This document shows positions 50,183-60,768 of a stretch of 64,000 bases of DNA, one piece after another; positions within the stretch are counted from its first letter, which is position 1, and each line of letters opens with the position of its first letter. The DNA lies in contig CM059432.1 of assembly GCA_030390025.1 (NCBI GenBank), positions 35,900,001-35,964,000 of the forward strand. Reading direction: 5' to 3'. Both the position numbers and the translations under genes were made by a program. The notes below the pieces were generated by a model. It was given only the letters and a program-made list of their open reading frames with translations. It made no database searches and was not told where the DNA came from. This DNA comes from Squalus acanthias. Taxonomy: Eukaryota.

Positions 50183-50345
50183 TGTCACACTACACGATGG
50201 GGGATGTCCTCACAGTGATATTGTCACACTACACGATGGGGGATGTCCTCACGGTGATGGTGTCGCACTGCCCGATGGAGAATGTCCTTACAAGTAATGG
50301 TGTCACTACACAATGGAGGATGTCCTTACAGTGATGGTGTCGCAC
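50183..50345. repeat. ~39-bp minisatellite, about 4 copies
   Basis: Unit approximately TGTCACACTACACGATGGGGGATGTCCTCACAGTGATGG. Confidence 0.8.
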
Positions 50346-52249
50346 AACCCAGTAATGGTGATGGGAATTCAAGGACACCTTGTGCAATTCTTCTGGCATC
50401 GAAATATATATTTACCACCTTCTGACCCAGCCATCTCTGCGATTGTCGGATCACACCAGCTGAAAGTTAAATGAGGCGGCGGATGTAAATGGTGAGGTGA
50501 TGCAGGATGTATAGACCAGGCTTGTTTGCATTCATGCAGCCTATAATGTTCCAGTTCAAAAATCCTCTTACCATTAGCTCTCTGACGCTGTGTGAAATGG
50601 ATGTGTTTTCAGAGCAATGGGTGCACTCAGGCTTCAAAAATTCACAGACTTGCAGTGTGATTGAGCTTCTGCTGGAGCTGCGATAAGATTGGAATCTGGT
50701 TCCTGTCAGTCATCTCGACTTTCTACCCACCCCACCATACAATGCACAACCGGTGCACGAGTTGACTTGAAATGTGATATCAGGCCATGAGTGTCCTTGG
50801 GCAAAGTGCAAGGATTGGAGCAGTGCAGTCTGACATATTTCCCCCCCCCCCCTGTCTGTCTGGCTCTCTTGCCGTGTGTGTGTGTGTTACTCTTTCTTTC
50901 TGTCTGTGTATGTGTTTCTCCTGTTGTCTGTCTCTCCTCTCTCTCGCTCGTGTTGTGTGTCTCTCTCCCCCCTCTCTTTTTATCTGACTCCCATAACTTG
51001 TTACGTTGGCCTTCTCCAACATTTTGTATTTTGCCTATTTTTTATTTTATTCATTCATGGGATGTGGGTGTTGCTGGCACAGCCGGCATTTATTGCCCAT
51101 CCCTAATTGCCCTTGAGAAGGTGGTGGTGAGCCGCCACCTTCAACCGCTGCAGTCCGTGTGGTGAAGGTCCTCCCACATTGCTGTTAGGTAGGGAGTTCT
51201 AAGATTTTGACTCCGTGACGATGAAGGAACGGCGATGTATTTCCAAGTCCTGCCACATCCAGTCGTGAATGGTGGCGGACCATTAAACAACTAACGGGGG
51301 GGAGGGAGGAGGCTCCATGAATAACCCCCATCCTCAATGATAGTGGAGCCCAGCACGTGAGTGCAAAAGACAAAACTGAAGCGGTTGCAACCATCTTCAG
51401 CTAGAAGTGCCGAGTGGATGATCCATATCGGCCTCCTCCTAAGGTCCCCACCACCACAGAAGCCAGTCTTCAGCCAATTCGATTCCCTCCACGTGATATC
51501 AAGAAATGGCTGAGCGCACTGGATACAGCAAAGGCTGTGGGTCCCGACAACATCCTGACTGTCGTGCTGAAGACTTGTGCTCCAGAACTAGCCGCGTCTC
51601 TAGTCAAGCTGTTCCAGTACAGCTACAACACTGGCATCTATCCGACAATGTGGAAAACTGCCCAGGTATGTCCTGTCCACAAAAAGCAGGACAAATCCAG
51701 CCCAGCCAATTACCGCCCCATCAGTCTACTCTCAATCATCATCAAAGTGATGGAAGGTGTCGCCGACAGTGCTATCAAGCAGCACTTACTCACCAATAAC
51801 CTGCTCACTGAAGCCCAGTTTGGGTTCCGCCAGGACCACTCGGCTCCAGACCTCATTGCAACCTTGGTCCAAACATGGACAAAAGAGCTGAATTCCAGAG
51901 GTGAGGTGAGAGTGACTGCCCTCGACATCAAGGCAGCATTTGACCGACTGTGGCATCAAGGAGCCCTAGTAAAACTGAAGTCAATGGGAATTGGGAGGGA
52001 AAACTCTCCACTGGCTGGAGTTATACCTAGCACAAAGGAAGATGGTTGTGGTGGTTGGAGATCAATCATCACAACTCCAGGATATCGCTGCAGGAGTTCC
52101 TCAGGGCAGTGTCCTAGGCCCAACCATCTTCAGCTCCTTCATCAATGACCTTCCCTCTATCATAAGGTCAGAAGTGGAGGAAGAGGCTTGTAAACGGAGC
52201 AGGCTCGAGGGGCTGTATGGCCTACTCCTGCTCATATTCTTATGTTCTT

Positions 52250-54979
52250 ACGTAATGCTGCCAAAAAGAGTAGTAAGCCTGAGGATTAGGAGGATTTTAG
52301 AATGCATCAAAGAAGGACCAAGAAATTGATAAAGAAAGGGAAAATAGAATATGAGAGTAACCAAGCAAGAGACATTAAAAACAGACTGTAAAAGCTTCTA
52401 TAGGTATGTAAAAAGGAAAAGATTAGCAAAAGTAAATGTCGGTCCCTTACAGGCTGAGACAGGAGAAATTATAATGGGGAATAAGGAAATGGCAGAGAAA
52501 TTAAACATACTTTGGGCGCGATCTTGCCAGCCCTGGGGAGGCGGGTTTGGAGGCTGGACTGCCGGGAAAATGGCAGAATCTGGGGGCGGGTGCCCAACCC
52601 GCCTCCATGCCACCTTCCCAGGAGGCGGGTAGCCGACCCGCGCCGTGTCCTGTCTCCTGGAGGTGGGAAGGGGATTACAGCCACTTAACTGCCTGTTAAC
52701 AGGTAGTTAACAGGCAGTTAAAAGGATTATCCCCATTTTGCCACCAGAGGCGCGGGCTTCCCGACATCTGGAAACCCCGCCAGGGTCACCGAGGTGAGCA
52801 GTGGGTCTGCAGGGGTCGGAGGGGTGCAAAAGTGCGCTGTGAAGGTAAGTGATGGGTGCAAGTGTGAAGAGGTAAGTATGTGAGGTGAGTGGAAAGTGTT
52901 AGAAAAAGTTTACTTGCATTTGTTTCTTCCTGCAGGTTTCAACAGTTGGGGATGCGGAGAGTCTCGCATCTCACCGGCAGAGATGACAGATGGCTGCTGC
53001 ATTCTCCGATGCAACAACCATCTAATTTCTGCTAAAGAAAGAGGTTTGATGAGTCTTGAATACAAGGACTCATCAAACAACATAGAATGTCAGTGTTTGA
53101 CAGCTTCACAGAGCTGTCAAACGATGACAATTCATCTGTCAAAAATTGGTCCTTAATTGGCCTGTTAAACCCGCTGGGCGGGCTTAACCAGGTCAATCAA
53201 GGGAAAATAGCGTGGGTTGGCCACAAGTCGATGGAGGCGGGACTGAAACCCGACGAGCAACAGTCGCACCCCCATTGGCAAAATCACCCCCTTTGTGTCT
53301 GTCTTCACGGAAGAAGACGCAAAAATCTTCCCAGAAATAGTGGACAACCAAGGGTCAAGCGAGAATGAGGAACTGAAAGATATTAGTATTAGTAAAAAAG
53401 TAGTACTAGAGAAATTAATGGGACTGAAAGCGAATAAATCCCCTGGACCTAATGGCCTACATCCTAGGGTTTTGAAAGAGGTGACTATAGAGATAGTGGA
53501 TGCATTGATTGTCATTTTCCAAAATTCCATAGATTCTAGAACGGTTCCCGCGGATTGGAAGGTAGCAAATATAACCCCACTATTTAAGAAAGGAGGGAGA
53601 GAGAAAACGGGGAACTACAGACCAGTTAGCCTGATATCAGTAGTAGGGAAAATGCTAGAATCTGTTATTAAAGACGTGGTAACAGGGCACTTGGAAAATA
53701 ATAATACTCATGTATGAAAGAGAAATCACGTTTGACAAATCTGTTAAGAGTTTTTTGAGGTTGTAACTAGCAGAATAGATATGGGGAAACCAGTGGATGT
53801 GGTGTATTTGGATTTTCAGAAGGCATTCGATAAGGTGCCACACAAGATTATTAAACAAAATTAGGGCTCATGGGATTGGGGGTAATATACTAGCATGAAT
53901 TGAGGATTGGTTAACGGACAGAAAACAGAGAGTAGGAATAAACTGGTCATTTTCGGGTTAGCAGGCTGTAACTAGTGGGGTGCCGCAAGGATCAGTGCTT
54001 GGGCCTCAGCTATTCACAATCTACATCAATGATTTGGATGAGGGGACCAAATGTAATATATCCAAGTTTGCTGATGATGCAAAGCTGGGTGGGAATGTAA
54101 GTTGAGGAGGATGCAAGGAGGCTTCAAGGGGATATAGACAGGCTAAGTGAGTGGGCAAGAACAGGGCAAATGGAATATAATGTGGAGAAATGTGAAGTTA
54201 TCCACTTTGGTAGGAAAAATAGAAAAGCAGAGTATTTTTTAAATGGTGAGAGATTGGGAAATGTTGGTGTTCAGAGAGACCTGGGTGTCCTTGTACACGA
54301 ATCACTGAAAGTTAACATGCAGGTACAGCAAGCAATTAGGAAAGCAAATGGTATGTTGGCCTTTATTACAAGAGGATTCGAGTATAAGAGTAAAGATGTC
54401 TTACTGCAATTATATAGGGCCCTGGTGAGACCACACCTGTAGTATTGTGTATAGTTTTGGTCTCCTTACCTAAGGAAGGATATACTGTACTTGCCATAGA
54501 GGGAGTGCAACAAAGGTTCACCAGACTGGTTCCTGGGATGGGGGGATTGTCTTATGAGGACAGATTGAGTAGACTAGGCCTATATTCTCTAGAGTTTAGA
54601 AGAATGAGAGGTGATCTCTCAAAATTCTTACAGGGCTTGACAGGGTAGATGCAGGGAGGACGTTTCTCCTGGCTGGGGAGTCTAGAACCAGGGGTCACAG
54701 ACCAAGAATAAGGGGTCGGCCATTTAGGACTGAGATGAGAAATTTCTTCACTCAGAGTGTGGTGAATCTTTGGAATTCTCTACCCCAGAGGGCTGTGGAG
54801 GCTCAGTCGTTGAGTATATTCAAGAGAGATCGATAGATTTTTGAATATTAAGAGAATCAAGGGATATGGGGACAGTGCAGGAAAGTGGAGATGAGGTAGA
54901 TCATCAGCCATTATCTTATTGAATGGCGAAGCAGGCTCGAAAGGCTAAATGGCCTACTCCTGCTCCTATTTCTTATGTT
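52250..54979 (+). mobile_element. CR1 LINE (RT + tail) nested in the second-family LINE
   Basis: KSPGPNGLHPRVLKE, NYRPVSL, KFADD, LVRPHL; tail GGCCTACTCCTGCTCCTATTTCTTATGTT. Confidence 0.88.
52514..53291 (+). mobile_element. PIF/Harbinger-like non-autonomous DNA transposon nested in CR1
   Basis: 15-bp imperfect TIRs GGGCGCGATCTTGCC / GGCAAAATCACCCCC and a 3-bp TTT duplication; removing it restores CR1 TACTTTGTGTCTGTCTTC (YFVSVF). Confidence 0.7.
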
Positions 54980-56977
54980 TGCTGATGACTGCACAGTGTT
55001 CAGTGCCATTCGCAACTCCTCAGATAATGAAGCAGTCCATGCCCGCATGCAGCAAGACCTGGACGACATTCAGGCTTGGGCTGATAAGTGGCAGGTAACA
55101 TTCGCGCCACACATGTGCTAGGCAATGACTATCTCCAACAAGCGAGAGTCTAACCACTGCCCCTTGACATTCAACGACATTACCATCGCCGAATCCCCCA
55201 AATCAACATCCTGGTGGTCACCATTGACCAGAAACTTAACTGGACCAGTCACATAAATACTGTGGCAACAAGAGCAGGTCAAAGGCTGGGTATTCTGTGG
55301 CGAATGTCTCACATCCTGACTCCCCAAAGCCTTTCCACCATCTACAAGGCACAAGTCAGGAGTGTGATGGAATACTCTCCACTTGCCTGGATGAGTGCAG
55401 CTCCAACAACACACTAGAAGCTTGACACCATCCAGGGCAAAGCAGCCCACTTGATTGGCACCCCATCCACCACCTTAAACATTCACTCCCTCCACCACCG
55501 GCACACTGTGGCTGCAGTGTGTACCATCTACAAGATGCACTGCAGCAACTCACCCAGGCTTCTTTGGAAACACCATCAAACCCGTGACTTCTACCACCCA
55601 CTACATCCACTGGTTCCCCTTTATCTACTGCTAGTTACATCCTCAAAAAACTGTGATAAATTTGTTAAACACGATTTCCCTTTCATAAAACCATGTTGAC
55701 TCTGCCTAATCATGTTATGATTTCCTAAGTGCCCTGATACCACTTCCTTAACAATGGATTTTTCCTACTACTGACATCTGTTTTATTCTTTTAAATTCTA
55801 AATGAGTATTCCATGTGCAAATCTGAGCAGGAGTGTCACCTGAGAATACCCTGGCCATACTACAATTGGCCTCAATGTCCGTGGGCAGGGGAAGGGGTCA
55901 ATAAGCCATGGACATCTCTTTTGGTTGCTGTCCAGTGCAGATTCCTTGCTACTCGGTGACCTGCTGCAGTGCAAGCGAGTAAAGGTCAGAGTTCAACTCG
56001 ACTCCACTGTAGCAGAGCCTCCTCACAATAACTTGCGAGCTTCGGTGTATGAAGAGTACTGGAAGGTTTGGACGGGGCCCCATCTGGAGTAGTGCGTTCA
56101 GTTTGGGGGACCAAACCTCAGGAAGGATGTATTGGCGTTGGATGGGGTATAGTGCAGACTCACCAGGATGATACCAGAACTGAAATTATGAGAACAGGTT
56201 GCCTAAACTTGGCTTGTATTCCCTTGAGGTTAGAAGGACAAAACATGATCTAATCGAGGTATTTAAAACACTAAAAAGGATTCGATAGGGTAGGTACAGA
56301 GAAACTACTTTCTCTGGTGGGGGCACCAGAACAAGAGGGCATAATCTTAAAATTCAAGCATGATTCAGGAGTGAAATTGGGAAGCACCTTTTCACACACG
56401 GTAGTAGAAATCTCAAACTCTCCCCCAAAGGCTGTGGATGCTGGGTCAATTGACATTATAAAGACTAAGAGCGATAGATTTTTGTTTGGTAAGGGTATCG
56501 AGGGATATGGAATTGAGGTACCGATCATAATCTGATTGAATTGCGTAACAGGTTTGATGGGCTGAGCGGCTTACTCCTGTTCCATGTTCCTATATAGTAA
56601 GAAAGAACTTGTATTTACATAGACCCTTTCACATTCTCAGGACATCCCAAAGAGCTGCACAGTCACTGTAGTCACTTCTGTAGTCTAACATGGCAGCCAA
56701 TTTAACACAAACAGCAATGAGATAAATGACTTTTGTCATGTTGGTTAAGGGATAAATAAGAACATTATTGATCATCTTCAAATGGTGTCATGGGATCTTT
56801 AACATACAACCAGGACAGGTAAAATAGGGTGTCGGATTAATGTCTCATCCGAAAGACGGCAACTCCGACAGCGCAGCACTGTCACTGTACTGTGAAGAAG
56901 TGTCAGCCTGGATTTTGTGCTCGGGTCTCTGGAGTGGGACTTGAACCCATGACCTTCAGACTCTGAGGCGAGTAGAT

Positions 56978-57289
56978 GTCACAGAATCCCCACAGTGCAG
57001 ATAGAGGCCATTTCGGCCCATCGAGCCTGCACCGACACATATCCCACCCTATCCCCGTAACCCCACGTATTTAATCCCCCTAACACTAAGGGTCAATTTA
57101 TCATAGCCAAATCAACCTAACCCGCACATCTTTGGACTGTGGGAGGAAACCGGAGCACCCGGAGGAAACCCACGCAGACACGGGGAGAATGTGCAAACTC
57201 CACACAGACAGTCACCCGATGCCGGATTCGAACCCGGGTCCCTGGCGCTGTGAGGCAACAGTGCTAACCACTATGCCACCGTGTTGCCC
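56978..57289 (-). mobile_element. Full-length HE1-like V-SINE
   Basis: Same head and V-domain as the 18387 copy; tail GTCGGTGCAGGCTCGATGGGCCGAAATGGCCTC...TCTGCACTGT. Confidence 0.82.
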
Positions 57290-57922
57290 ACCGTGTCAGG
57301 TGAGGAGAGGATCAAGCTCTGTTGTGTATGTATGTGGATGGTGGGGGCGGTAAGGATTGGGGCTTATTTGTGATAAATAACCGGTTATATAACCTTCCGT
57401 TGCTCGACTGTCTTGCGAGTGAAGAATGGCCAATCTGATCGATTTTTTTAAAATCGGGATGTAGCAAGGCCGGCATTTATTGCCCATCCTTAGTTGCCCT
57501 GAGAAGTTGGTGGTAGGCCTTTTTCTTGAACCCCTGGCAACTGAGTAACTTGCTAGGTAACTTCAGAGGGCAGTTAAGAGTCAACCACATTGGTGGGGGA
57601 CTGGAGTCACATATAGGCCAGACCAGGAAAGGCCGCCACGTTTTCTTCCCTAAAGGATATTGGTGAACCAGTTGTTTTTTTACTACAGTACTACTACCGT
57701 ACCCTCGGAGCTGCCAGAAGATTCTCTGTTCCCGTGAGACACTACCGCAGGGAGAGTGCACGCCTTCAGGAGAACAGGGGCAAAGTACAGTCTGTGTCCG
57801 GTTATAATGTTGATGTAATTGTTCCTTTGTTTTTAGTGCTTCATGTTTTGTATTAGAACATGTTTCTAACCTTGTGCTTTTTTCTGGTTTTTTTTCATGG
57901 TTTGCTTGGTCGTCTGCAACAG

Positions 57923-57938
57923 AGAAGACGAGAACGCA
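57923..57938 (+). CDS. setd2: SETD2 16-nt microexon (exon 2)
   Basis: T-rich tract, ctgcaacag|AGAAGACGAGAACGCA|gtaagg, encoding (E)EDENA. It converts the phase-2 end of exon 1 to the phase-0 start of exon 3; human exon 2 is, from memory, also 16 nt. Confidence 0.88.
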
Positions 57939-57992
57939 GTAAGGATTTAAATAATGTTCAATTAACTGTAATTTAATCATTGTGTGGTTGGG

Positions 57993-58023
<31 letters not shown>

Positions 58024-58208
58024 ATCGATTTGTTTTTGAAGCTGTTCATCGAAAAGCTCTGGCCAATTTTAACCTTTAGCCTAATTCAGAAACCTGACTC
58101 CAGTGGGATATAAAATGTACTAACAGCTATCTGGGAGATTTTTAACTTTTCTTTAGTGGAAATTCTTTTTGTGCTCATCGAATAAACTAGCTACCAGCTT
58201 TGAGACCT

Positions 58209-58335
58209 AGGGCAGGTACAACACGGGTTAGATACAGAGTAAAGCTCCCCCTACACTCCTTCATCAAACACTCCCAGGGCAGGTACAGCACAGGTTAGAT
58301 ACAGCTATAAAGCTCCCTCTACACTGTCCCATCAA
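58209..58335. repeat. Two copies of a ~67-bp satellite unit
   Basis: AGGGCAGGTACARCACRGGTTAGATACAG...TAAAGCTCCCYCTACACT is repeated in tandem. Confidence 0.75.
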
Positions 58336-58499
58336 GCTTAAGGTTGTCCTCCGTGCCCTACATTATGGAGGGGAAAATATGCCACGTTTGCCACCCTGAT
58401 TTGTTATCGCTCCGCCCGGTCCTCTCCCTATGCCCCGTGCTCTTCCTCTTTTTGTGTCAACTCTCGTTGTGGTGCAGTTCCACCAATGCCTTCCAGTTC

Positions 58500-59880
58500 C
58501 ATAAGAACATAAGAATTAGGAGCAGGAGTAGGCCATATGGCCCTTCGAGCCTGCTCCGCCATTCGATAAGATCATGGCTGATCTTCGACCACAACTCCAC
58601 TTGCCCGCCCGATCCCCATATCCCTTGATTCCTCTAGAGTCCAAAAATCTATCTATCTCAGCCTTGAATATACTCAACGACTGAGCATCCACAGCCTTCT
58701 GGGGTAGAGAATTCCAAAGATTCACCACCCTCTGCGTGAAGAAATTTCTCCCCATCTCAGTCCTAAACTTTACTGGCAAGCCTATTATGTGGCACTTTGT
58801 CGAACGCCTTTTGGAAATCCATGTACACCACGTCAACCGCATTGCCCTCATCACAACCCTCTCTGTTACCTCATCAAAAAACTCGATCAAGTTGGTTGAA
58901 CATGATTTACCTTTAACAAATCTGTGCTGGCTTTCCTTAATTAATCCACACTGTTAATTTTGTCCCTGATTATTGTTTCTAAAAGCTTCCCCACTACTGA
59001 GGTTAAATTGACCAGCCTATATTTGCTGGGTTTATCTTTACACCCTTTTTTGAACAAGGGTGTAACATTTGCAATTCTCCAGTCCTCCGGCACCACCCCC
59101 ATATGTAAGGAGGATTGGAAGATTATGGCCAGTACCTCTGCGATTTCTTCCTTCACTTCCCTCAGTGTCCTAGGATGCATCCCATCTGGTTCTGGTGACT
59201 TATCTACTTTAAGTACAGCCAGCCTTTCTAGTACCTCGTCTTTATCAATTCTTATCCCATCCAGTATCTCCTCTACCTCCTCCTACTATGTCTATGGCAG
59301 CATCCTCTTCCTTGGTGAAGACAGATGCAAAGTAGTCATTTAGTACCTCAGCCATACCCTCTGCCTCCATGCATAGGCCTCCTTTTTGGTCCCTAATCGG
59401 CCCCACACACCCCTCTTAATACCCGTTTACTATTTATATGCCTATAGAAGACTTTTGGATTTCCTTTTCTGTTAGCTGCCATTCTATTCTCCTACCCTCT
59501 CTTTGCTCTTACTTTCTTTTTCACTTCTCCTCTGACCTTTCTATATTTAGCCTGATTCTCAGATGTATTCTCGACCTGACATCTGTGAGACACGATCTTT
59601 TTCTGCTTCATCTTACTCTCTCTCTCTCTCTCTCTCTTCATCCAGGGAGCTCTGACTTTTGTTGCCCTACCTTTCCCCCTAGTGGGAATGTACCTCGACT
59701 GTACCCCAACTGTTTCCTCTTTAAAGGCAGCCCATTGTTCCACTACAGTTTTGCCTGCCAATCTTTCATTCCAATTTACCCGGGCCAGATCCATTCTCAT
59801 CCCACTGAAATTTGCCTTCCTCCAATTAAATATTTTTACTCTAGATTGCTCCCTGTCCTTTTCCACAGCTAATCTAAATC
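58500..59880 (-). mobile_element. CR1 LINE fragments (internally deleted RT + tail)
   Basis: FNWRKANFSGMR, MHPRTLREV, EDWRIANVTPLFKKG, FFTQRVVNLWNSLP. Confidence 0.85.
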
Positions 59881-60768
59881 ATATGGGGTCTTTCAAAATC
59901 ATGATGGGTCTGGACAGAGTAGATAGAGAGAAACTGTTCCCATTGACAGAAGGGTCGAGAACCAGAGGACACAGATTTAAGGAAATTGGCAAAAGAACCA
60001 AGGGCGAGTGGTTAGGATCTGGAATGCACTGCCTGAAAGGGTGGTGGAGGCAGATTCAATCACTGCTTTCAAAAGGGAGTTGGATAAGTATCTGAAGGGA
60101 AAACATTTACAGGGCTACGGGGAAAGAGCAGGGGAGTGGGACTAGCTGTAGTGCTCTTGCAGAGAGCCAGCACGGACTCGAGGGGCCGAATGGTCGTCTT
60201 TCGTGCTGTAACCTTTCTATGATTCTGTGACTATGCCCCCTAGTTTCTAGACTCTCCAGCCAGAGGAAACAACCTCTTGACATCCAGCCTGTCAATCCCT
60301 CTCATTCTTCTAAACTCCAGAGTATAGGCTCAATCTCTCCTCATAAGACAACCCTGTCATCCCAGGGATCAATCTAGTGAACCTTTTTTGCACCGCCTCT
60401 AATTCCTCACCTAATTGGCCAGTCTTCATGACCAGGGTCTAGACAAAGAGCAGGCTATTTGACTGTGGGACGCACCACCGCTGTGCCCAATCCTGTCCTC
60501 GGCTGATGTCCACCCACGTGCACTTTTCTAACGGGGGCGGTCACTGGGTAACTATCCGGAGCAGGAACCCGCCCTAGCACAAGGGTACTGAGGCCAATTG
60601 TAACTGAGATCAGCAAAGTCATCACAAACTGAGAGCTTTGGGATGCCCTGTTCTTGCATCTGGCGTAAAGACCTGTTGCCTTGATTGGCATTCCTTTGAG
60701 AGTGAATTGTAATGAAATGAACGTGAACTTGCAGAGCTGTACCTAAAGTGTGCGCAATACCGTTGCAG

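Larger units (their letters stand above)
51250..55595 (+). mobile_element. Second-family LINE split into 51250-52176 and 54980-55595 by a nested CR1
   Basis: RT runs to ...NDLPSIIRSEV and resumes at FADDCTVF 2.8 kb later, colinear with the uninterrupted copy at 5700-5770. Confidence 0.85.

Noticed and set aside
50183..50345. CRISPR-like short repeat array
   Set aside because: Contiguous tandem units without unique spacers, in a eukaryotic context with no cas genes.
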